Of a stretch of 32,000 nt of DNA, positions 9,722 through 18,461 are shown in pieces. The notes under the pieces were generated by a model. That model worked only from the letters and a program-made list of their open reading frames with translations. It was not told the DNA's origin and made no database searches. Location of the stretch: NCBI RefSeq assembly GCF_000341395.1, contig NC_020304.1, forward strand, positions 1,410,001-1,442,000. Direction: 5' to 3'. A program made the position numbers and the translations under genes. The DNA is from Desulfocapsa sulfexigens DSM 10523. Lineage in GTDB: Bacteria > Desulfobacterota > Desulfobulbia > Desulfobulbales > Desulfocapsaceae. The number at the start of each line of letters is the position of its first letter. The first letter of the stretch is position 1.

Positions 9722-10621
9722 TTGGACAATCTTTTTCTGACAAAACTGCTTGAGTCTGGCTACACTGAAGATCCACTCGATGAGATCCTGGCCGTGATTA
9801 CTTTAATGGCGCCGGATTTTCCCCAGGAGCCCCTTGTTGAGCTACATCGTGAAATCAGGTTGATTTTTGAGGGGGAACATCCGGAGTACCGGCAATCGAA
9901 CACCAAATATCATAACCTCAATCACACCTATGGCGTTGTTCTGGCAACTGTGAGACTGTTTCACGGATTGTCCCGTGATGGCTGGCATGTTTCTGAAGAA
10001 ACTTTAAGCAAGGCACTGTACAGCGCCTATTTTCATGATTGTGGCCTGTTACTCAAGAATTCTGAGGATGCGGAAACCGGCGCTGTGTACACCCTTGGCC
10101 ATGAGAAACGCTCCATGTTTCTTATGGCAGACTATCTGAAAGCAAGAAAATTTTCCCTTCCCTTTATTACAGATTGTTCGCTCATTATCCAGTGTACAAA
10201 TCTTAGTATTGACCCTGACTCGTTGTTTTTTCCATCTGCAGAAATGCAGCTGGCTTCTTTCTCCGTGGGATCTGCGGACATCCTGGCTCAGATGGCCGAC
10301 AGATACTATCTGGAGCGGTTACCGTTACTTTTTCAGGAACATGAGGAAGGCGGGGTTACCGGCTATAAATCTGCAGTGGAATTGATGGAAAAGACTTCTG
10401 TGTTTTATCATGAGGTTGTGGTTGATCGTCTGTCCTCTGTATTTGGAAATCTCACCAAGTTTATGCAGATTCATTTTCGGGAACGCTGGGGGGTTGATCG
10501 GAATCTTTATCTTGACAGCATAAAGAAAAATGTCACGTATATCCGACTTATTGTGAGGTCGTGTGGCGGTGATATGGAAGAGTCGCTACAGAAGTATCTG
10601 CGACGTATTCCACCTGACTGA
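9722..10621 (+). CDS. HD-domain (metal-dependent phosphohydrolase-like) protein
   Basis: LNHTYGVVLATVRLFHGL ... AYFHDCGLLLKNSEDAETGAVYTLGHEKRSMFLMADYL. The start codon would be TTG at 9722. Confidence 0.65.
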   Translation: MDNLFLTKLLESGYTEDPLDEILAVITLMAPDFPQEPLVELHREIRLIFEGEHPEYRQSNTKYHNLNHTYGVVLATVRLFHGLSRDGWHVSEETLSKALYSAYFHDCGLLLKNSEDAETGAVYTLGHEKRSMFLMADYLKARKFSLPFITDCSLIIQCTNLSIDPDSLFFPSAEMQLASFSVGSADILAQMADRYYLERLPLLFQEHEEGGVTGYKSAVELMEKTSVFYHEVVVDRLSSVFGNLTKFMQIHFRERWGVDRNLYLDSIKKNVTYIRLIVRSCGGDMEESLQKYLRRIPPD

Positions 10622-10651
10622 TTTCATCCATAGTGTTGAGCTTTCCCTTCC

Positions 10652-10855
10652 TTACTTCTGCCGTGGATCTTTTCCTGTTTCAAACATTTCAAAAAGGTCG
10701 TAAAACAATCTGGCCACAGCGCTGAAGTGGGTGGCAGAGCCCGAACTGGCATAGGCCTTGGTGAGTTCCATGGCCCGGGCGAAACTTTCCTGACATTCTG
10801 ATTCCTCAGGGGACTTCAGTACTCCTACAAGACGTGCTCCTATTTCATCCTTCAT
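10652..10855 (-). CDS. Small conserved-looking protein coupled to the oligoendopeptidase gene
   Basis: 67 aa; start overlaps the stop of the upstream peptidase gene (10852..10855). Confidence 0.55.
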   Translation of the reverse strand: MKDEIGARLVGVLKSPEESECQESFARAMELTKAYASSGSATHFSAVARLFYDLFEMFETGKDPRQK

Positions 10856-12651
10856 GATATTTCCTCCAACATGTTTTCAATGACGTGCAAGCCACCCTGC
10901 CAGAAGGAAGGGTCGTTCAAGTCAATGTTGAACGGGGCCAGTAGTTCGGTTGGGGATTTACTGCCTCCCTCCGAAAGAAGATACAGATATTTGGGGATAA
11001 AATCAGCCCCTTCTTTTTGATAAATTCGATAGAGCGCCAGTACCAGCAATTCGCCAAATGCATAAGAGTAGACATAGCCAGGGGTATGGAGAAAATGGGG
11101 GATATAGGACCACCATATTTTATAATGATCTCCAAGTGTGACTGCATCACCAAACATTGCTTTCTGGCTCTTCATCCACAGGTTTGAAAGATCATCGGTT
11201 GAGACTTCTCCGCTATTGCGGCGCTGGCTATGAATCATATCCTCAAAGCGGTTCATGGAAATTTGCCTGAATACGGTGGCAAATATTGATTCCAGTTTCT
11301 GGCAGATAAAGGCCTGTCTTTGCGCAGGTTCGCTAAGAGATGCGAGCTGCTTGTGAAAGATCAACAGTTCGGCAAAAACGGAGGCTGTTTCGGCAAGTAC
11401 CAGTGGCGTGTCACTGTTGAAATAGCCCTTATCCCTGGCGAGATATTGATGGATACCATGGCCGAGTTCATGGGCGACTGTGGATACATCCCGGAGATTT
11501 CCAGTGTAATTCACCAGAACATAGGGATTGGCATCAGGAACTGCCGGATGAGCGAATGCTCCACCCCGTTTTCCATCAAGTAGTGGTGCATGAATCCAAT
11601 TGTTGTCAAAGAAAAGATTCGCGATATCAGCCATTTCTGGGGAGAAATCCCTGAACCCATCGAGCACCATTTGTCTACATTCTTTCCATGGAACGAGGCG
11701 ATCTGGCAGGGAGGGAAGTGGGGCGTAGCGGTCATAATCGTGGAGGGTATCGAGCCCCAGAATATCTTTCTTTATCGCATAGTAACGCTGGACGATATCG
11801 TAACGTTCAGTGCAGCTGTCCACCAGGGCATCGACGGTTCTATCTTCGAGTTCGTTGGAGAGGTTTCTGGAACTGACCCAGGAGGGGTAGTGTCGTAACC
11901 TGTCGTCGATCATCTTTTCAGCAAGAATAGTATTGAATATATGGCTGAGAATATGGAGCTGGCTGTCGAGGCCAGTGGTGAGTTCAAGGGCAGCATTTTT
12001 ACGAACACTGCGCTTCGAATTGTAGAGATCCGAGAGCACTTCCTCTTCACTTCTTTTCTTTTCGCCGAACTCAAGGTGTCCCAGGAGTTTTTCAAACAGG
12101 GTGAGCCAGCTATCACGGCCCACCGGTGAGAATTCCACCAGCAGAGATTCTTCAGAATGTGACAGGAGATGGTTGGCATATTTACGCAGGTTGCTGAGAT
12201 AATGGTGATACTCTGCAGTATCCTCAGCTGTAAGAAATCGGTCTGCAGAGGTTTGATCCATTTTGGCCCATTCCAGGTCGAAGAAAACCAGCTCCCTATT
12301 GACACGGCTTGCATCTTCCTTGCATTTCTGGAGAAAGGCTGCCGCCGCATTGTTTTTAACTTGAGTGACAAAATTGAGAAAGGCGTAAGTGTCAATGCGG
12401 CCAAGGTTGATATGGATACGTTCTATACGGCGCACTGTCCTGGCAAAGGTGGCAGGAGAGAGTTCTTTGAGTTTCCCCGCACATCCTTCCCTTATCAGCT
12501 CAGCCTCCTGTATGCAGAGGTCAAGGTCATCCTGAAGCAGGTCATCTTCAAGTGAGTCGTAGAGGGCGTCGAGATTCCAGATTACATTGGTGGTACCGAG
12601 TTCGTCATTTAAAGCTGACATGCAAATATCCTCCGGTGAAGGTGGTAACAT
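10852..12651 (-). CDS. M3 family oligoendopeptidase (PepF-like)
   Basis: 599 aa; zinc motif HELGHGIHQYLA in VSTVAHELGHGIHQYLARDKGYFNSDTPLVLAETASVFAE. Confidence 0.92.
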   Translation of the reverse strand: MLPPSPEDICMSALNDELGTTNVIWNLDALYDSLEDDLLQDDLDLCIQEAELIREGCAGKLKELSPATFARTVRRIERIHINLGRIDTYAFLNFVTQVKNNAAAAFLQKCKEDASRVNRELVFFDLEWAKMDQTSADRFLTAEDTAEYHHYLSNLRKYANHLLSHSEESLLVEFSPVGRDSWLTLFEKLLGHLEFGEKKRSEEEVLSDLYNSKRSVRKNAALELTTGLDSQLHILSHIFNTILAEKMIDDRLRHYPSWVSSRNLSNELEDRTVDALVDSCTERYDIVQRYYAIKKDILGLDTLHDYDRYAPLPSLPDRLVPWKECRQMVLDGFRDFSPEMADIANLFFDNNWIHAPLLDGKRGGAFAHPAVPDANPYVLVNYTGNLRDVSTVAHELGHGIHQYLARDKGYFNSDTPLVLAETASVFAELLIFHKQLASLSEPAQRQAFICQKLESIFATVFRQISMNRFEDMIHSQRRNSGEVSTDDLSNLWMKSQKAMFGDAVTLGDHYKIWWSYIPHFLHTPGYVYSYAFGELLVLALYRIYQKEGADFIPKYLYLLSEGGSKSPTELLAPFNIDLNDPSFWQGGLHVIENMLEEIS

Positions 12652-12656
12652 ACGAT

Positions 12657-13142
12657 TTATTGTCTCATGAATTCAATAACGCTAAAAAAAGAAAAGAGCC
12701 AGTCCCCATCTGTTTTTTCTGCATGAATCGTGAGTTCATAGGTGTCGCTGAAGCGGTCATTACTGGTTATTTCGGTCAACTGAAGGGTCGTTGTGATTTC
12801 TGCCAGGGTCTTCTGGGGAAAGATGATGCTTGTGTTATAAAAGCTGAAAGAGGTTTCAGGCATCGTTCTTTTCATCATAATGATCTGATCTGTCAGCTCT
12901 TTCTTGAGAAAGTCACGATGGATATTATGGGAATCGATCTGCACCATACAGGGATTCTTGCAGAGTTTAGCCGCAAGAGCAGCTTTTTTGAGCAGGGCAA
13001 TGGCTGTTTCTTCACTGGTTGAAGAACAGTACTCTGCGAGTGTATCCATATTGCTGAGTATTTTCTTTTTATCATTTGGAAGGAAAAGGATTCCAATGAC
13101 GCTCACAATGAGAATCAGTACGGTGATTATTTTTTTGTCCAT
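12657..13142 (-). CDS. Hypothetical protein with one N-terminal TM/signal segment
   Basis: ORF 12657..13163; likely start MDKKIITVLILIVSVIGILFLPN at 13142. Confidence 0.55.
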   Translation of the reverse strand: MDKKIITVLILIVSVIGILFLPNDKKKILSNMDTLAEYCSSTSEETAIALLKKAALAAKLCKNPCMVQIDSHNIHRDFLKKELTDQIIMMKRTMPETSFSFYNTSIIFPQKTLAEITTTLQLTEITSNDRFSDTYELTIHAEKTDGDWLFSFFSVIEFMRQ

Positions 13143-13237
13143 GGAATAAACTCTGCCTGGCATTCTTCGCTGACGCGTTTTAGCAGTATGATGTTTTTTT
13201 CGGTGAAGCGAACAGTGACAATATCAAAACGTCTCAT
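13127..13237 (-). CDS. Possible unlisted 36-aa small ORF overlapping the start of the hypothetical gene
   Basis: ATG at 13237: MRRFDIVTVRFTEKNIILLKRVSEECQAEFIPWTKK*. Its 3' end overlaps ATGGACAAAAAA of the next gene. Ribosome-binding site weak. Confidence 0.25.
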   Translation of the reverse strand: MRRFDIVTVRFTEKNIILLKRVSEECQAEFIPWTKK

Positions 13238-13354
13238 CGGTGGAAAAGGGTATTGGAGCCGCCAGCAGAAAATAAAGATATAGAAGGCGGCTGAGGTATC
13301 TTCTACTGATCGCAGGGAGGAAATATTTCCGTATTATCTGAGATGTTTTGCAGA

Positions 13355-14173
13355 TCACCTGGCATTGGGAGTGAAAAGAATATTTCCACCTTTATCTCTG
13401 AAGGCGCCGATTGTATCCTGGCCTGCCGGTGAGCTGAGCCAGATAACAAAATTCATGGCTGACTGGTAGTTGACATGTCTGTGATTTCTGGGGTTAACGA
13501 TCATAACACCGTACTGATTAAAGAGGCTTGGATCCCCCTCGAGAAGAATAGTAAAATCATTATTTTTACTGGCCTTAAGGCTGAGCCAGGTGGCGCGGTC
13601 TGCTATTGTGTATGCCTTTTTCTCCATAGCCAGATTGATTGTTTCTGTCATTCCCAGGTTTGCGGGCAGGTACCAGGAATCAATTCTGCCAGGCATTGCT
13701 CCGGTGCTGGCCCATATACGGTTTTCACGCATATTGGTCTCGGAATTGTCGCCGCGGGAGATAAAATTGGCTTTTGAAGCACGAATTTTTTTGAAAGCAT
13801 CGAGGGGCACAGTTGAGTTCTGTAGTTCAGCGGGGTCATTTTTGGGACCAAGAATAACGTAGTCGCTATACATGATCTCTTCACGATCAATAAAGTACCC
13901 CTCGTCCACTAGCAGGATTTCAAGGTCCCTGTCATGTGTGAGGACGGCATCCACTTTACCCTGTTGACCAAGTTCCAGTGCAGCACTGTTACTTACAGCG
14001 GTAACAGTCACGTCAATGCCGGTGCTTTTTTTGAAAATCGGTAACAGATAGTCGAGTAGACCGGAGTCAAGGGTTGCCGTGGTCGAAGCAACCTTGATTG
14101 ATTCTTGGGCGTGCAGGGTGGTGAGCGGGAGTAACATAACAAAAAGAAGAAGGAAACTGATTTTTCTGTACAT
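13355..14173 (-). CDS. tupA: Tungstate-type ABC transporter substrate-binding protein (TupA-like), orphan in this window
   Basis: Signal peptide; IKVASTTATLDSGLLDYLLPIFKKSTGIDVTVTAVSNSAALELGQQGKVDAVLTHDRDLEILLVDEGYFIDREEIMYSDYVILGPKNDPAE. Confidence 0.82.
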   Translation of the reverse strand: MYRKISFLLLFVMLLPLTTLHAQESIKVASTTATLDSGLLDYLLPIFKKSTGIDVTVTAVSNSAALELGQQGKVDAVLTHDRDLEILLVDEGYFIDREEIMYSDYVILGPKNDPAELQNSTVPLDAFKKIRASKANFISRGDNSETNMRENRIWASTGAMPGRIDSWYLPANLGMTETINLAMEKKAYTIADRATWLSLKASKNNDFTILLEGDPSLFNQYGVMIVNPRNHRHVNYQSAMNFVIWLSSPAGQDTIGAFRDKGGNILFTPNAR

Positions 14174-14213
14174 AATGTGCTCTTCTAAGTGAGAGTGGAT
14201 TTATTGGGAGTTT

Positions 14214-14873
14214 TTATGGAAGGGTTATCCGGATATCAATAGTTTTAGTCACTTTAGTGCCAAGCTTCAGGGAATCTACAAATCCACATACGGTACCGGC
14301 AAGTGCATCCTGAACAAAATTTTTCATGGGGATGCGATTACCGTTGATGAGGAGGGTGGTGTGGTCTGCACCTTTTCCGGCATCCTGAAGGAAGCGTTTT
14401 TCAATAAATGAAGCAATTTCAGCAGCTTCGGTGAGTCGAAAAACATGGTCTCCACTGACCTGCTCATCACTGGCAACGGCAATTACTCCGGTCACTGTAT
14501 TACGGAGGAGTTCTTTTGTTTCACTATTGCGGAAGACTTCAATTTTAGAGACCTGCCTGGCCTCTTTGAAGCCTTCTCCAATAACAATATCAACATCCGG
14601 AAAGTGGCGGTGGGCGAGACTTGTCAGGGACTCCTGCCTGTTATCCGTCATAATCACCATCTGATCAGGTGCTACCAGCATCACAGAATCCGCCCCGGCA
14701 CTGCGGTGGGTATGGGTGTCCGTTCCGGGGGTATCAAAGACAATCCCCGTTTCCTTGGTGGATTTAATGACAGCCACCTGGTATCCAAGCTGTTTAAGAT
14801 GGCTGACAACCCTGGAAGCGAGTGTTGTTTTGCCGCAATCGTGCCAGCCGATAAAAGTGACGATGGGTGGCAT
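14214..14873 (-). CDS. mobB: Molybdopterin-guanine dinucleotide biosynthesis protein B-like
   Basis: MPPIVTFIGWHDCGKTTLASRVVSHLKQLGYQVAVIKSTKETGIVFDTPGTDTHTHRSAGADSVMLVAPDQMVI; P-loop GWHDCGKTT. Confidence 0.85.
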   Translation of the reverse strand: MPPIVTFIGWHDCGKTTLASRVVSHLKQLGYQVAVIKSTKETGIVFDTPGTDTHTHRSAGADSVMLVAPDQMVIMTDNRQESLTSLAHRHFPDVDIVIGEGFKEARQVSKIEVFRNSETKELLRNTVTGVIAVASDEQVSGDHVFRLTEAAEIASFIEKRFLQDAGKGADHTTLLINGNRIPMKNFVQDALAGTVCGFVDSLKLGTKVTKTIDIRITLP

Positions 14874-15136
14874 GTGGGGAACCTCGAAAATGAGTGAATA
14901 ATGACAAGCAATAACTGCTGAAATGTATCCTTGATAAATTACCGTATCCTGCTTAAGAATTCAAGGAGCCTTGAAACTCTTTTTCCGGGAGTGTTCCCTT
15001 GTAAAGGGAGAAACATGCTAACAAATCACATTGACATGCTGGGGAGGGGTTGGTAGTTATCAGATGGTCGCTAATCATACTGTTTGGCGTACAAAAGTGT
15101 GGGCATTGTTCATGGTTTTACTCATCCCTACTCTTT

Positions 15137-15910
15137 ATGACTAAATTCATAAAATACCTTTTTCTTTCTGTTCTGCTCTTGGTGATTGTGCTTCAGGTTG
15201 CAGTTACTTTATTGAGCCCGGCGATTGACCAAGAACTTTCCAGGATGGCAATCAGCCCTCTTTCAGGGCGAAGGGGGGAGGTCTGGGGACATGCCGGGTA
15301 TACTGCTGATGGATCTGCGGCTAATAGTGTAGCAGGCCTCAATGCAGCGGTCGAGCGGCAACTTCAGGGAGTGGAGCTTGATATCCATTACGACCATGAA
15401 CTGAAGGGCTTCGTTGTTGCCCATGACCCGGACTATGATAAGAAAACTGTGCTGCCCCTCGATGAGGTTCTGGAGCGATTTGGTAGCCTGCCTGGGTTCT
15501 GGCTGGACTTCAAAAACCTGAGTAGACAACCGCCATGGCGGGTATCACTTATTGCCGAAAAACTTACCTCTCTGCTCGACAGATATGGTTGCAGTGACAA
15601 GACTCTTGTTGAGTCAAGGAATCCCGTTTATCTCTCTCTTTTGGCCCATCATGGGATACAGACAGCTTACCATCTGAGTATCAGTAAAATTCCGGCCATT
15701 TTCCGGATCGAGGAGTTTCTCTACAAGTTTGTTTTTATTTATGGCCGGTTGAGCAGCTTTTCGATTGGCCACAACCATAGTGGTGGTGAGCTGTTTAGGA
15801 GCTTTTCCCCAATCCCCTTTGTCGTCTCTACTATTAACGACCCCGATGAAATAACCAGATTGCAAAAACAGAAAACAGTTCTGGTGATTCTGTCAGACAG
15901 ACCTAGGTAA
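15137..15910 (+). CDS. Glycerophosphodiester phosphodiesterase-like protein
   Basis: ORF 15050..15910; probable start MTKFIKYLFLSVLLL at 15137. EVWGHAGYTADGSAANSVAGLNAAVERQLQGVELDIHYDHELKGFVVAHDPDYDKK resembles the GDPD core, with HAG instead of HRG. Confidence 0.6.
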   Translation: MTKFIKYLFLSVLLLVIVLQVAVTLLSPAIDQELSRMAISPLSGRRGEVWGHAGYTADGSAANSVAGLNAAVERQLQGVELDIHYDHELKGFVVAHDPDYDKKTVLPLDEVLERFGSLPGFWLDFKNLSRQPPWRVSLIAEKLTSLLDRYGCSDKTLVESRNPVYLSLLAHHGIQTAYHLSISKIPAIFRIEEFLYKFVFIYGRLSSFSIGHNHSGGELFRSFSPIPFVVSTINDPDEITRLQKQKTVLVILSDRPR

Positions 15911-15938
15911 CCATCATTTTTGCTGCTCGACATTCCTG

Positions 15939-17567
15939 TCAGTTTTCGGTCTTTGCAACGTTCTCTGCTTTTCTGTTCTCCACTTCATTTTTCTTCAAGG
16001 TCGGGATATATCGATCCGAAAAGATATCATTCGTCTCGTTATAATAGATCCCTTCTATCCCAAGAAGTCCAAGAACCGTGTGGTCGAGAAGATCAACCCG
16101 ATATGGCCGTGAAGCTATGGCTGGATCCACCTTTTCGAGGCTGGGACTCCAGAAAACCATTGGGATTTCCCATTGTTCCGGGGCCGTGTAGTTGTGACCG
16201 GAATAATTGTCATTGTGGCATACATCTTGACCATGGTCGGGAAGGTAGAGCCAGGCACTGTGCTTGGCGTCTTTTGAGTTTTTCAATATTTCGATAAGCC
16301 TGTGGCGAACCATGTCTCCATATACAATGGAGTTGTCGTAGAGGTTCCTGAAGGTCAGGGCCCACCTGGCCCGACCTTTTTCTTTAAGATCAAGGGTGAC
16401 GGGGTCATTATAGGTGTCGGTGAAAAGGCTGTACGAATCGGGGTAACGGAAGTTATAGGCGGGATGGGAACCCAGCATGTGGACGATGATGAATTTTTTG
16501 TCATGGTTGGCGGCCAGTGCTTTTTCGAAGGGGGCAAGGAGAATTGCATCATAGGAGCCCTCTCCTCTGGATTTTCCCCGGTTGGTTCGGATGATCTCAT
16601 CACCATGCTCTGAAAAAATCTTGATGATACCTTTATGGGCGTCGGTGGAGTGGTTAGAGATGTAAGTGACATGGTAACCCGCATGTTTTGCTATAAGGAG
16701 GATATCAGGATCGGTTTTCCAGCGCTCCGGTTCCTCTATCGTTGCTGGGGTCAGCATATGGAGAAAAGCGACCAGAGTTGCCGGAGCGGCAGCGTGAATA
16801 TTCTCAAAAACCACGAGTTCGTCTTTCATCCCATCGAGTTGCGGCGTTGTTTTTCTGTCATAGCCGTAGAGTGACCAGTTGTGCCTCGTGTCACTCTCTC
16901 CGATAACCAGGACGACGGTTTTTTTCTCCTCATCGCCAGTGTATGTCATGAGATCAAGGTTTGAAATTTTCAGGTTGGCATCGAGTTCCTCGACCAGACG
17001 GGCAGTGACACGAAGGGCCTCCTGCCAGTTATTATAGTAGTAGGGAAAATATATAAAAGGATTGGAACGGTATAATGACGGGTTAAGGTGAATAACAGTT
17101 GTCAGGAGCAGAAACACCACCAGTTGCCATCTTTGCCGCCTCGGGCTGGGCGAAGAGAGCGGAGTATTGATTACGTACCGCAGATAGAGTGTGAACAGAG
17201 CAATGCAGAGAACAGTATGTTTGATCAGGTACCAGCGGTAGTGGAGAACAAATTCCGTACTTTCACTCTGGTCTGTTGAAAAGATGGCGGCCATAATAGC
17301 GTTTTCTTCCTGGGCCACTCCGAAAATATCCTTTAATCCGGCATGAAAGCTCATATTGACAAAGAGCACCAGCAGGGTAAAAAAAGTTATATACTTGAGT
17401 TTTTTGGACTCCGGAAAATAAGGTTTGAGGGCCAGGAGGCTGCCAATCAGGAGCACCCCGATCAATGCAATCTTACCAGCACGGGCATGATTGAGATAAC
17501 CAATAAGATAATAGGTCAGAGGAAATATAGAAAATACAAAAGCTTTGATGAACGGTGTTTTGAACAT
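15939..17567 (-). CDS. Sulfatase-like phosphoethanolamine transferase (EptA family)
   Basis: ORF 15939..17708, probable start MFKTPFIKAFVFSIFPLTYYL at 17567. TVVLVIGESDTRHNWSLYGYDRKTTPQLD ... IIVHMLGSHPAYNFRYP ... HSAWLYLPDHGQDVCHNDNYSGHNYTAPEQWEIPMVFWSPS. Confidence 0.88.
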   Translation of the reverse strand: MFKTPFIKAFVFSIFPLTYYLIGYLNHARAGKIALIGVLLIGSLLALKPYFPESKKLKYITFFTLLVLFVNMSFHAGLKDIFGVAQEENAIMAAIFSTDQSESTEFVLHYRWYLIKHTVLCIALFTLYLRYVINTPLSSPSPRRQRWQLVVFLLLTTVIHLNPSLYRSNPFIYFPYYYNNWQEALRVTARLVEELDANLKISNLDLMTYTGDEEKKTVVLVIGESDTRHNWSLYGYDRKTTPQLDGMKDELVVFENIHAAAPATLVAFLHMLTPATIEEPERWKTDPDILLIAKHAGYHVTYISNHSTDAHKGIIKIFSEHGDEIIRTNRGKSRGEGSYDAILLAPFEKALAANHDKKFIIVHMLGSHPAYNFRYPDSYSLFTDTYNDPVTLDLKEKGRARWALTFRNLYDNSIVYGDMVRHRLIEILKNSKDAKHSAWLYLPDHGQDVCHNDNYSGHNYTAPEQWEIPMVFWSPSLEKVDPAIASRPYRVDLLDHTVLGLLGIEGIYYNETNDIFSDRYIPTLKKNEVENRKAENVAKTEN

Positions 17568-17712
17568 AAGTGAGTGCTGGAGACTGGTGCCTTTTCTTCT
17601 AATGGTTATCGGTAAGTGAAGGGTAAATGTCTGGCCCCAATGAAAGGAAAACAAAATAGACTCAACAGGCTCCGGGGCAGAGCACACGGTGAAGGCACTA
17701 TAGCCCAATATA

Positions 17713-18348
17713 CTATTGTTTTACAAGAGGAAGACGATGATGGGAGATGATGTGCATTAATATATCAGCAGCTGTTTTGAGTGTGAGAAAAACAAATAGC
17801 AGCCACGTTGATTCTCCACTTATGGCTGCACCGAGGATGATAATCAGATGCATGGGGATGATCCTTGCATAAGGGAAAAACATAAGAGTACCGATATTAG
17901 GATTTCCGGCAGCATCTTGTTCCTTATTATAGCGATAGGAAAAGGCGTGATTGAAAAGAAAAATGCCAAGTCCAACGGCTCCATGGAGCATAAAGTACGG
18001 TGAGGTTTCCGGGATGCTGGTTATGAGGAAGATAGCGTAAAAAAGATGGAATGCACCGTAATGGAAAAGGAAAAACCAGGCGGTGGATTTTTGGGTTTTC
18101 GGGGCGGCTTCTGCCTGTCTTCCATTGATTTTGAAGCCCTTTGTGCTGAATGACTTCAGAGCAAGAATGCGCCTCCAGTTAAAAAATCCGATAATCATGT
18201 TCTGCCACCAGTAAATCCAGAGGAGTTCCCCCATGGACCAGCGTTGAACAAGAGCCAGAACTATAACAATCAGGTTTGAGAAGAAGAGCAGCCGGATAGA
18301 AGGGTCTGTACGAAGTCTGTAGCGTACTGTTGTTTCTGTTATTTTCAA
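17713..18348 (-). CDS. DUF6498-like integral membrane protein
   Basis: 211 aa; several TM segments; RLRTDPSIRLLFFSNLIVIVLALVQRWSMGELLWIYWWQNMIIGFFNWRRI. Confidence 0.6.
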   Translation of the reverse strand: MKITETTVRYRLRTDPSIRLLFFSNLIVIVLALVQRWSMGELLWIYWWQNMIIGFFNWRRILALKSFSTKGFKINGRQAEAAPKTQKSTAWFFLFHYGAFHLFYAIFLITSIPETSPYFMLHGAVGLGIFLFNHAFSYRYNKEQDAAGNPNIGTLMFFPYARIIPMHLIIILGAAISGESTWLLFVFLTLKTAADILMHIISHHRLPLVKQ

Positions 18349-18461
18349 GTGTAATCCTCTGCAGATTCCTCTAGGTTTTATTTGACAAAACAGGGAATTA
18401 GGCTTTCTGCAACTCCGTTTACTTACAATGAACTGGGAAGAGTCTCTGAGAGACCAGTAGC

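Noticed and set aside
11590-13022. Plus-strand ORFs 11590..11898, 12169..12555 and 12552..13022
   Set aside because: Antisense to the M3 peptidase and the small hypothetical gene; no recognisable domains.
14874-15049. Possible Moco/tungsten riboswitch upstream of mobB
   Set aside because: I could not recognise the conserved Moco RNA core; only a small CCCTTTACAAGGG hairpin was seen. A covariance-model search (Rfam Moco_RNA_motif) would settle this.
17568-17708. 47-codon N-terminal extension of the phosphoethanolamine transferase
   Set aside because: The first TM segment starts just after ATG 17567, and the extension lacks conserved character.
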